Under the pieces are notes generated by a model. The model was not told the DNA's origin. It was given only the letters and a program-made list of their open reading frames with translations, and did not search any database. From Myxococcota bacterium (GTDB lineage: Bacteria > Myxococcota_A > UBA9160 > SZUA-336), in the NCBI GenBank assembly GCA_965247115.1, contig CBDFGR010000001.1, positions 248,201 to 312,200 on the forward strand: 64,000 nucleotides of DNA. Reading direction: 5' to 3'. The translations under genes were made by a program, and so were the position numbers. Shown here one piece after another: positions 28,985-40,400 of the stretch. Within the stretch, counting starts at the first letter, position 1, and the number at the start of each line of letters is the position of its first letter.

Positions 28985-30259
28985 CAGGCTGCTGAAAAAC
29001 TCCTCATCGAAGGGTACCTTGGGAGCGAGCCCCAAAGGGGGAGGCGTGAGAGGACAGGGGACGCTTCAGGGCGGGATGTTCAGCTACGTGTCGCTGGAGT
29101 CGCGGATTCCGGATGATCATCCGCTTCGAGCGATGCGGCGCATGGTCGACACGGCGCTGCAGCGGCTATCGCCGCGCTTCGACGCGATCTACGCCAGAGG
29201 CGTAGGGCGCCCGTCCGTGCCCCCGGAGCAGCTGCTGCGCGCCCTGCTGCTGCAGGTGCTCTACACCATCCGGAGCGAGCGGCAGCTGGTGGAGCAGCTG
29301 GAGTACAACCTGCTGTATCGCTGGTTCGTGGGTCTGGAGCTTGACGAGGTGGTGTTCAGCGCCACGGTGTTCACGAAGAACCGAGACCGGCTGCTCAAGG
29401 GCGAGATTGCCGAGCACTTCTTCGACGCAGTGCTGGAGCAGGCCGAGACCGAGGGATGGGTGTCGTTGGAGCACTTCACGGTAGACGGGACGCTGATCGA
29501 GGCGTGGGCGAGCCAGAAGAGCTTCGTACGGAAGGACGAGGAACGGAGAGACGACGATGACCCGGGCAACCCGACGGTGAACTTCCGAGGCGAGAAGCGG
29601 AGCAACCAGACGCATGCGTCGACGACGGATCCCGACGCACGACTCGCCGGTATGAGAGGCCAAGGCGCCCGACTCGCGTACCAGGGACACGTGGTGACGG
29701 AGAACCGGAACGGCTTGGTGGTCGCGGCGAAGCTCACGCAGGCGTCGGGATATGCGGAGCGCGAAGCGGCGCTCGAGATGGTGGAAGGTCTGGGAGGCGG
29801 GCGTCGGAGGACATTGGGCGGAGACAAGGGCTTCGACACGAAGGGGTTCGTGGAAGAGCTTCGAGAGTTGGGCGTGACCCCACACGTGGCGCAGAACACG
29901 ACGAATCGACGCAGCGCGATCGACGGGCGGACGACGCGCCACCGGGGCTACGAACTGAGTCAGCGTTTTCGCAAACGGGTGGAAGAGGTCTTCGGCTGGA
30001 TGAAGACCGTGGGGCTGATGCGCAAGACCCGACACCGCGGCACGGATCGGGTCGGCTGGGTCTTCACCTTCACGGCCGCAGCCTACAACCTGATCCGGAT
30101 CCGCAAGCTGCTGGAGGCCACGTAGGTCATGTGCGAAACCGCCCCGCGATCAGCGGAGCCCAAGACCGGTTCGAACCGGGAATCGCGCCCCGCCCCTCGG
30201 CCGGTGAACCCCCTCGTCGGAAGGACCACCCCTCAACCAGTCACTTTCTCCGCAGCCTG
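28985..30259 (+). mobile_element. IS5-family insertion sequence, copy 1 (1275 bp)
   Basis: Imperfect terminal IRs CAGGCTGCTGAAAAA and (reverse complement) CAGGCTGCGGAGAAA. CTAG on both sides (28981-28984, 30260-30263). Matches 56393-57667. Confidence 0.95.
29046..30125 (+). CDS. IS5-family DDE transposase
   Basis: MFSYVSLESRIPDDHPLR, GRPSVPPEQL, TVDGTLIEAWAS, GGDKGFD and RKRVEEVFGWMK motifs. Confidence 0.95.
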   Translation: MRGQGTLQGGMFSYVSLESRIPDDHPLRAMRRMVDTALQRLSPRFDAIYARGVGRPSVPPEQLLRALLLQVLYTIRSERQLVEQLEYNLLYRWFVGLELDEVVFSATVFTKNRDRLLKGEIAEHFFDAVLEQAETEGWVSLEHFTVDGTLIEAWASQKSFVRKDEERRDDDDPGNPTVNFRGEKRSNQTHASTTDPDARLAGMRGQGARLAYQGHVVTENRNGLVVAAKLTQASGYAEREAALEMVEGLGGGRRRTLGGDKGFDTKGFVEELRELGVTPHVAQNTTNRRSAIDGRTTRHRGYELSQRFRKRVEEVFGWMKTVGLMRKTRHRGTDRVGWVFTFTAAAYNLIRIRKLLEAT

Positions 30260-30772
30260 CTAGGCGCGGTCGAGCTACTGATCCGACCAGGAGAGATCCG
30301 CGCACTCAACGTCGCCGATTACAGAGACGGGAAGATCACCGTCGCGCACGCGATCAAGGGACCGAACGCGGATTCTCCCAGACGGGGGACCAAGACTGGC
30401 GAGTACCGCGTGCTCCCGGTGAGCGACCGCCTCGCGGAGTGGCTCGAGCGCCATGTACCGCGTGACCCGGCGAACCTGCAGGCGCCGCTCTTCATGAACG
30501 ATCGCGCGAACCGCGCCCAGAACCCGGAGGGTCGCTGGCTGGCGAATGCAGTCTGGGCTGAGTGGAAGCGTGCGGTGAGCGCAGCGGGCCTACCGGACGT
30601 CAAGATGTACGAGGGCACGAAGCACTCGACCGCGACAGCGCTGAGGCGCGCTGGAGTGCCCCTGGACGTGATCCAGCAGGCGGCTGGGCATAAGGACAGG
30701 CGCTCAACCGAGAGATACGCGAAGCTGGCTGAGGAGGGAGTGGTAGAAGCGCTCAGGCGGCTGAGGCCATGA
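30260..30772 (+). pseudogene. Tyrosine recombinase/integrase C-terminal fragment B, truncated by IS
   Basis: IRPGEIRALNVADY, TKTG, GTKHSTAT and AGHKDRRSTERY motifs. Ends 65 nt from the 3' end of tRNA-Leu. Confidence 0.85.
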
Positions 30773-30837
30773 AATTCTGTCGACGCGGTTGCGACGATTT
30801 CGTATGTCCTCATAACTATGCGATTATGCAGAGCTTT

Positions 30838-31164
30838 TGGTGCCCGGGGCGGGATTTGAACCCGCATGGGGCTTTCGCCCCGAAGGATTTTACGCTTTCC
30901 CCGACGGTTTCCCGTCGGCGCGGACTATCTCTTCACCCACGTGGGGTGCCGGGCGCTCGTCGGCGGGGATTATTGTTGGGACTCACCCCGCTAGTCTCTG
31001 CACCTTCCGCGGAACCTCTGCCCTCCGCGGCTTGGCTCAGGATTACCATGGCCGGAACACCCGGCTGTAGGCTTCCCTGAATTCACCCGGTTTCTTACCC
31101 GCGCGTTGCCGCGCGGGAGACCCGTCCTCGAGTCCTCTGTGTCTGCCAGTTCCACCACCCGGGC
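30838..31164 (-). tRNA. tRNA-Leu(TAA) interrupted by an intron (exons 31164-31131 and 30892-30838)
   Basis: Spliced sequence GCCCGGGTGGTGGAACTGGCAGACACAGAGGACT^TAAAATCCTTCGGGGCGAAAGCCCCATGCGGGTTCAAATCCCGCCCCGGGCACCA has an acceptor stem, long variable arm and anticodon loop CTTAAAA. Confidence 0.93.
30893..31130 (-). ncRNA. Group I self-splicing intron (238 nt)
   Basis: P1 GGACU^CG-AGGA-CG-GGUCU with U.G at the splice site. P2 CCCGCGCG-GCAA-CGCGCGGG, P3 CCGGGUG/CGCCCGG, P AAUUCAGGGAA, Q AAUCCUGAG, R CAGAGACUA, S AAGAGAUAGUCC, P9 CCGACGG-GAAA-CCGUCGG, terminal G. Confidence 0.93.
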
Positions 31165-31408
31165 ACACATAGGGACTATACGGCCTCGCGAAGCCCCGTG
31201 CCCCTTCCGAGATCTGAACTTGGCCGGTAGACCTGCGCGGCGAATGCTGGCCGCTCGCCGCCCGGATGCACGCTCTCGGGGTTGAGTTGCGCGCTCTCGG
31301 AGTGCCTTCTCCCCAGCACGCGACGCATGCGCAGCTAGCGGACAGAAGGTTCAAGATCCGCCGGGCGCCGGACGATGACCTCTGCATGAAGGTCTCGTTG
31401 GCTACAGC

Positions 31409-34400
31409 GTGACCGTGCTACCCCCCTGGCACGGCTTTGCCCGCATTGCGGGATCGCGCGCTTTCGCCGCACTCCTCGTGCTGCTGCTCTGCGCGGTCGC
31501 GCTGGACGCGAACGCCGCGGACGGAGACTTCATCATCGTTCGCGAGGCCACCGCGGGTGACGGGATCACCACCGAGAATTCGTGGGCCACGCTCGACTGG
31601 GACACCACGGTCAAGGACGAGGGCGCCGCGCGCCCCACCCTCTCCGGTGGGAACCAGATCCTCCTCGACGCGGGTCACCATCTCATCCTTTACTCGGTCA
31701 AGGCCACCCAAGCCAGCGGCGCCAACGACCGCACGGCGTGGGCGAACCGGCTCCAGCTGGCGGGCGGGACGCTCGCCTACGGCTACGGCTTCGCGTACAT
31801 GCGCGACAACGAAGGCGCCCAGGGCGCGGCCTCGTTCGGCGGGGCGATCATCGACGTGGCGACAGATGATGACGCCCTCACGCTGCAGTGGGCGCGCCAG
31901 GACAGTAACTCCGGCAGCAGCGTCACGCGCGATGCGAACGCCAGCGGCCTGCAGGTGCTCAAGCTCGCCGACTCGCTCGACTACCTGCGCATCCGGGAGG
32001 TCGGCGGCGGCCAGGACTTCAACACGACGACGTTCACCTCGGTCGACTGGGACACCTCGGACGAGACCGACACAGGCAGCTTCGGGTTCACACCCAGCTC
32101 GACGAATATCACCCTCAAGGGCCCAAGCGGCACTCTGTTTCTCACCTTTGCCAACGTCGGACTGACTGGCACCAGCGTCCGAAAGAACACCGAGCTCGCG
32201 TTCTTCCTGGACGGCTCCGAGCTCGCCGGGAGCCGCACCACAGCCTACGACCGCGGCAGCGGCAACATCAACGAGGCCTGGCTGAGCGGGGCATTCCTGA
32301 TCGCGAAGACCAGCGCTTCCGACCAGACCCTGACGGTTCGCGCCCGCCGGGAGGACACGAACGCGGGCGCGATCACGGTCCGGGGGGGAGAGACGGGCCT
32401 CACGATCGTGGCGCTGCCAGCCGACGCGGAGGCGATCCGGCTCACGCATAGCGCGGTCCAGGACTTGAACACGGCCGGACCCGACACGTTCCCCTGGGAC
32501 ACGGAGGACCAGGAGGACGCCGCGGCGTTCACTCACGATCCGGTGACGAACAACAGCCGCATCGCGGTCGACGTTGCTGACGACTATCTGTTCTTCGCGC
32601 AAGCCTACGCGGAGAACAACGGGGTCTCGCGCGTCAGGCCTTTGATACGGCTCCGCAAGAACGGCGGCTCCGACCTTCCCTACGCCATGGGCATGGGGTA
32701 CGGGCGAAACTCGGAAGGGTCCGTGAACGCAGGCGTGTGGGTCGGAACGATCGCGGAGGACCTGGTCGCGAACGACTATTTCGAGGCCACCCACACCCGC
32801 GGCGCCACGAACACGGGCGCCTTCAACAGCGACCAGCTCTACTTCTGGGGCCTCAGAATCGGGAGCCTGAGCGGGGGCGGAGACTGGTATGCGTCCGCCT
32901 GGCCGTACCGCAAGACGATCACGATCGACTCCGCGCAGGTGCCATCGGATCAGACGAACTTCCCCGTCCTCATCTCCTTAGGCGACTCGCACATCGGAGC
33001 GAACGCGCGCGCGGACGGCTTCGACCTGCTCTTCACCGACACCGACGGCGTGACCAAGCTCGATCACGAGATCGAGACGTACACCACAGCCGATGGCACA
33101 GTCGTCGCGTGGGTCCGAGTCCCGCTGCTCACGAGCGCGACCGACAAGGTGATCCATCTCTACTACGGGAACTCCGGGGCTTCGGACCAGCAGAACGCCG
33201 CCGGTGTCTGGGACTCCGACTACGTGGGCGTGTGGCACCTGAAAGAGGATCCGGGACCCGGGAGCCCGGGCGACATCAAGGACTCCACCGGCAACGCCTT
33301 TCACGGCACCACCATCGACCCGATGACTTCCGGGGATCAGGGCCCCGGCCAGATCAACGGCAGCATCGACTTCACGGCAACCGGGGACGAGATCATCGGC
33401 CCCACGAATGCAGCACTCGATCTGATCGCGACGGACTTCACGATCTCCGCGTGGGCGCTGAATCCCGTCAGCTCATGGAAGACGATCGTGGCCAACGCCC
33501 AGGGCGACACGAATGGCTGGAGCTTCCGGACCAGCGCCTCCGGCCAGATCGAGCTGGTGCTCGGGAACGGCAGCTCCGGGACGTACACAACCGGGACCAC
33601 GACCGCCCCGGCCGGGTGGGTCCACATGACGGCCACCTTCGTCGATTCGTCGAACACGGTGAGCTTCTTCCTGAACGGTGCCGCGGACGGCACGGACACC
33701 TTCACGAGCACGCTCACGGCCTCTGACTACCTGGCCATCGGCCGGCGACCGACCGGTGGCAACTCTTACGACAACTGGCTCGACGAGGTCCGCATCTCCA
33801 AGAAGTCGCGCTCCGCGGACTGGATCCAGACCGAGTACAACAACCAGAGCAATGCTGGCATTGGCGGCTTCCTCTCCGGTGTCGGCGACTCCGAGACGGA
33901 GGACTCCTGGTACGACGCGGACTGGCAGCGCCGCAAGAAGATCACGATCGACTCCACCCAGGTCATCGCGGATGAGACGAACTTCCCCGTCCTGATCTCC
34001 TTTACCGATGGCCAGGTCGGCGCCAGCTCGCGGGCCGACGGGTTCGACCTTCTCTTCACCGATACCGACGGGATCACGAAGCTCGACCACGAGATCGAGA
34101 CGTTCACCACGCCCGCCGGCACCCTCGTTGCGTGGGTCCGGATCCCGCTGCTCACGAGCTCCGTCGACAAGGTGATCTACCTCTACTACGGGAACTCCGG
34201 GGCCGCGGATCAGCAGAACGCCTCCGACGTCTGGGACACCAGCTACATTGGCGTCTGGCACCTGAAGGAGGATCCTGCAGGTGGAGCACCGCAGGCCAAA
34301 GACAGCACCACAAGTGCGAAGCACGGCACGTCTGCCGGTGGGATGACCAGCGGAGACCAGATCCCGGGCGCCATCAACGGGAGTCTCGACTTCGACGCGG

Positions 34401-37400
34401 ACGACCGTATCGACGTGGGCAATCACCCCGAGTTTGACCTGCCCGTCTACTCCTGGTCCATGTGGGTCAAGGGAACGGTTGCGCCGGACTCCTCAGGCCC
34501 GAACGAGCACGTGTTGTGGAACGGGGACTACAACTTCTCGTTCGCCTGGGGACACAGCGCGGCCTTCATGCAGGCCGCCACCCACAAGGATTCCGAAGCC
34601 TGGCAAGCCGCCCAGATCGCCACGACGCTCGTGGCAGACACCTGGTACTACATCACCGGAACCTATGACAGCGCCAACATCCGGGTCTATCTGAACGGGG
34701 GTCTGGAGGACACGCAGGCTGCCGGAACGCCAGTCGCCACAACGGACGTGCTGATGATCGGCTATGCCGATATCGCGGCTTTCGCGGGTCAGATCGACGA
34801 GGTCCGCGTCTCTGACAGCGCCCGCTCCGCCTCCTGGATCCAGACCTCCTACAACAACCAGAGTGCCCCGGGCGGATTCGGGAGCGTCGGTGACGAGGTC
34901 TACCCCTCCCAGGCCTCGGCCTCCGTAGGCGGAACGATCATCTCATCGGTCACTGACAGCGACATCGTCACGGGTGGAAAGACGCTCGTGATCACGCTGA
35001 CGGGCGATACGTGGGTGGCGGCAGGTGGCACTTGCAACGGAGCTGTCGGCGACGTCTGTGGTGATGGGACAGTCTACGCGGGTACGTCACCTGACGGCAG
35101 TGTGGATATGTGGGTCACCCGATGTGATGAAGGACAATCCTGGACTGGCAGCTGCACCGGTACCCGATCTCTGTATAGCTGGAACAATGGCACAACAAAT
35201 TGGACCACTACTGGGATTAACAACTTCATAACAGGTAAAGCCAACACCACGGCGCTCGACGTTCTAGTAGACGCGGGCTCTGGCTATCTGGCTGCCGAGG
35301 CCTGTGAAGCGTTGAGTCTCAATGGACACACAGATTGGTATCTGCCCGCTCACGATGAGATGGAGGTGATGTATACCAATAGAGTCGCAATCGGAGGCTT
35401 TGACACCAGCCAATATTGGTCGTCCTCGGAGGACGATAACAACGGCGTCTGGGAAATCAGCTTCTCTGATGGCAGTTGGAACGCCGGGGGCGGCAACAAA
35501 TCCTTCTCAGACACTGTCCGGTGTGCGAGGACTGGTGCCGGAGGAGGTGGGGCTTTTGATTCTGAGCGGCAGAACATCATCAACGGATTGACTTCTGCAC
35601 AGTCTGAAACGACTGGATGGAATAACGAGGTAAGAGACAAGCAACTTGTCGGTGGCGTTGTGCGGACCAGCGACACCGTGGTCACGATCACGCTGGACGC
35701 GCAGGCCAGTTATGACATTACAGCCAGTGAAACGATCGAGTCGACGATTCCTGCCACGGCACTGGTAACATCCGGCAGTGCACTTACGGCGACACCAACG
35801 TTTGATATCACGGCCGTCGTGGTTGGAGCTGCGGAGTGGGAGTTCGACGATGGCAGCGGCCAGACCGCGGCCGACTCGTCGGGCAACTCCCGCGACGCGA
35901 CGCTCGGCAGCACGGGCTCCTCCGACACCAATGATCCCGCCTGGCTGACCTGCGCCATTGGCGGCAGCGTGCTCGAGTTCGACGGCGTGAACGACTACGT
36001 CGAGGACGCCGATGGCGAGCTCTACATCAACAGCCTGGACAAGTTCACGCTCTCGGCCTGGATCAAGGCCGACGCCGTCGGCACGGACAGGGGCTTCGTC
36101 CACACGATCGTCCCGGACAACAGCGACAGCCAACTCGGCATCCGGCACGACTCCTCCGGTTCGCTGGGAGGCGGCACGAACGTCTTCAAGGTCGGTCTCG
36201 ACGTGAATAGCGTGCCCGGGGCCCAGCAGCTCGAGAGCTCCAATAGCGCTCAGACAACGAGCTGGCAGCACGTCGCCGTGGTGTGGAAGAGCGGTGATCC
36301 GCTCAAGCTGTACATCGACGGCAACCTGGACACGCCGACCTACAACAGCGCCGGAGTCGTCGGCACCGTCACCAACGCTACCACGCTGCGCATCGGTCAG
36401 GGCGGAAAGGACGACGTCCTGGGTGGCTGGGACGGTCTAGTCGACCAGGTCCGTTTCTTCGACACCAACCTGAACGCGTCGGAGATCAGCGCACTCGCAG
36501 CCACGGCGCCATCGGGCTGTGCTGCGGGGCCGGTAGCCCACTGGGACTTCGACGAGGGCAGCGGCCAGACGGCAGCCGACTCCTCGGGGTTCGGTAACGA
36601 CGGTCAGCTCGGGAGCACGACCGGCGTGGACGCGAATGATCCGACCTGGGAGTGCGTCACCGGTGGCTACGCATTGGATTTCAACGGGACCAGCGATTAT
36701 GTGGACCTGGGAAGTCCTGCTTCGCTGAATCTCACTACCACATACAGCGTTGCCGGATGGGTCAAATGGAAAGGGGGAAACCCTAATGCCGTCATCTACG
36801 CATCTGGCGATGCAAATGCCGATCATTATCGAGTTGATGTAAACAACTGCACGGCCAATGGGCTAAGCCTGCGAGAGGATGGCGACGCCTGCCACCCGGC
36901 AACCAGTGACCTCCTGCCCGCCGATACCTGGCATCACATCGCGGTCATCAAAGACGGTGATACGGGAACGAATCTAGCTTTCTACCTGGATGGAGTAAGT
37001 GATGGCACTGCTTCAGCCGGCACCTCTGGAGCCACTGGACTGAAGAGAATCGGGGCTCGAACAGAAGCCACAGACATGTTCTTCGATGGCGTCCTCGACG
37101 ATCTTCGCATCTACGACCGCGCTTTGAGCGGGGCCGAGGTCAGCGCCCTCGCCGCATCCCCGCCTGCTGCATGCCCGATGGCCCTCGTCGCTCGCTACTG
37201 GATGGAGGAGGTTGCGAGCGGCCAGAGTCCGGCACAGCTGATTGACGATCAGGTGAGTCCGCTCGACCTGTCCATCACCTATGACGGCGCGAATCCTACC
37301 TACATCGCACCGTCGACCGGAAGGGGCTGGTCCTCTGCGACCACCACCAACAATGGGCGCGCATCCATTCTGGCTGATAGTACGAAGATCCAGACAGCTC

Positions 37401-40400
37401 TGGACGGCTCGACAAAGGCCAGTATCGAGCTCGTCGTGCGCGTGGATGCGGCCAGCTCCAGTGGTACGCGCCTCATCCATATCGGAAGCTCCACGGAGTC
37501 GGGCCATTTCACAGTCGAAGCAAGCCCGACCAAGATTGAATTCTACTTGTTCGGCGAGACGATCAGGGGAGAGTGGAATCCCGCCTGGGATGCCACGCGG
37601 ATGGCGTTCCACCTGGTGTACGACTCCACCCAGCCGACAGCAGCTGATCGCGTGAAGCTCTACAAGAACGGCGTATTGCTCTCGAAGACCGGCGGCACCG
37701 ACCCACCTCTGAACGAGACCATCAGTGTTCCGGCGGGCAAGTACTTCGTGATCGGCAACCGCGAAGTCGGTGGTCGATCCCTTGACGGCGACATCACGTA
37801 CGCTGCAGTCTACGACGGAGCGCTAAGCGCATCCGAGATCTCCAGCCAAGCGACTGCTCTCTTGGCGAATGATGACTCTGTACCGGCCGCGGCAGGAACC
37901 CTCTACCGCTCCGTTGGAACGAACGGGACTGACCTCAATACGAGCGCCCGTACCGTCGAAGTCTCCGGTACAACGGCGACCTTCAGTGGAAGCATGCCCG
38001 CCAATGTCGGCGTCGGCGACGTGCTCCAGTACCAGGTCGCAGCAACGTGGTACGTCGCCGTCATCTCCGGCCGGACGAGCAACACCGTCTACACCGTTAA
38101 GAGCGCGAGCGGCGCCACGCCTCAGGCGGCTGTGGCTGGGACGGCTGTGAACGTGTACCGGGCGTACACCTCGCTCAACAAGTGGGAGTCCCAGAACGAG
38201 AACGACTCTCTCAACGATCTTGTCGAGGACTTTGACACCTCCACGGACCTGGTCACCGCCAATACGATCATGCAGGTCGCGGCGTACGCAGACGGGGTAG
38301 AGACCGACGGGGGCGCCCTCTCCATCGATGGATGGACTACGGGGCCGACCAACTACATTCGGATCTACACGCCGGTTTCGAGCAGCGAGGTCGGTATCAG
38401 CCAGCGCCACACGGGTGTGGCAGGAACTGGCTACGTGCGCCGACCAACGACCGCGACAACGGCGACTTGCTATAGCCTTCTTGACATCAGAGAGAGCCAC
38501 GTCCGCGTCGAAGGCCTCGAGCTCGACGGCTCCGGCGTCACCACCGGCCGATCCCTGCGGGGCATTCACACGGACTCCCAGGCAGCCGGAAACGACATCC
38601 GCATCTCACATAACCTGATCCACGACATCCGCAACTCGACCGCGGATGACAGCGCTGCGCGCTCCGTCGAAGGTATCTATGTACAAGCTGCAAGCGGCGA
38701 TACCTACAGCATTTCGAACAACATCATCTATGCAATCGAGAATCTCTCCGCGCACGTCTGGTCAAATGTTCGGGGTATGTGGCTGGATACTGGAGCTGCT
38801 GGTACCTCGTACGTCTTCAACAACACCGTCTACGACGTCTTGAACAGTGGCAGCGCAAACGACGGTGTAGGGATCAAGCTCAGGACTGACTCTCACACCT
38901 ACCAGCTCAAGAACAACTACGTCGGGAAGATCACCATGTCGGGCGGCATCCCGACTGCCTACGAGGTACCCGGAGCGCCGACGATTGTCGCCAACAACAA
39001 CGTCTCCTCGGATGCGACGGCCGACGACTTCGGTGGCGCCGGCAACGTGATCAACCAGAGCACCTACGCGAGCTATTTCACAAATGTAACAGCAGGCAGC
39101 GAGGACCTGCACCTGGTGGCCGACTCAAACGCGCTCTGGGGCACCTATGGTGAGGATCTCGATAGCGACCCGAACTTGCCGGTGACGCTCGACATCGATG
39201 GTGATACGCGGGACAGCGGTCAGCCCGATGTCGGCGCGGACGAGGTCTCGCTGACTGGGATGACGACGACCTCGACCGATGGGATCTGGTCGGGAACCGA
39301 GCGCTACATCCATCACGCCAACGGCAACTACTGGGCGGTCTTCTATGACGGCTCGGAGGGCGTGATCTTCTCGTCCGCGGACGGCTCGAGCTGGACGTCG
39401 CAGGGCAACGTGAACGTGACGGCGAGTGAGATCGAGCAGCCGTCAGACATCTCGGCCCGCTTCTCGGGGACCACGGTCATCGTGGCCTACGGCGACGACA
39501 ACGCACCGATTCCCTACAACCAGCTGTACTACCGCCACGGCACGCTCAATGCCGGCGGGACGGTGACCTGGTGGCCCGCAGCAAGCGACGAGCTGATCAT
39601 CCAGGCCGGGAATCACGAAAAGCGCACGCACGCGGCCTTCGACAGCAACAGCTTGCCCTGGATTGGGGGCGCTGGCGATGACGAGGAGCGCTTCAACGTG
39701 CACCGCGGAAGCGCAGCACAGAGCCCCACGTGGACGGACCGGAGCACTACCAACTATGGCGGAACCACGCAGGGCGGGCCGCACTCGACCGTGCTCTTCC
39801 CGACCGCAAATCCCGGCGACATGTACGGCCTCACGAACTCCAACGCCGGGGCGTCAGACCGGGACATCATCGGGGCCGGCTGGGACGATAGCGCAGGCTC
39901 GTGGGGCGCGTGGCAGGAGGTCGTATCGAACGATCTCTCCAACTGCGCTGACAATGCGGACGACTGCATGCGGAGGTGGTCGGCGGTCAGGACCAGCCTC
40001 GGAGAGATCCACCTGGCCTACATCAACGATGCGGGCGTCATTGTGCATCGCAAGGGCACGAACGCGCTCGCGCCAACCTGGTCCACGCCCAACGCGAATA
40101 TCACCGGACTGACGTCGCACAGCAAGGTCACGCTCGCGGCGAACAACAACGACCTCACCCTCTTCTACGACAAGAGCGACGACAAGATCTACTACCGCGA
40201 GTTCGACGGCTCGAGCTGGGGAGGCGAGACCGAGCTCAAGTCGGACACCACTCCGATCCAGGGCGGCATCTCGGCGTACGAGTCGATCCAGAACGGCCAG
40301 ATCGGTGTGATCTGGGCCGAGGGCTCCGCGAGCCCGTACGCCGTCCAGTTTGCACTGATGACCCCCTCGGTGTCCTCGGGCTCGGGCGCTGTAGGTGGAA

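Noticed and set aside
28981..30263. CTAG flanks as proof of a simple insertion with target duplication
   Set aside because: CTAG appears to be the fixed target of this IS (present at both copies), and the two flanks belong to different genes, so the match is uninformative.
30893..31130. Homing endonuclease in the intron; ORFs 30769-31080, 30837-31070 and 31043-31387
   Set aside because: The intron is only 238 nt and fully accounted for by structure. The ORFs are shadows over the tRNA and intron.
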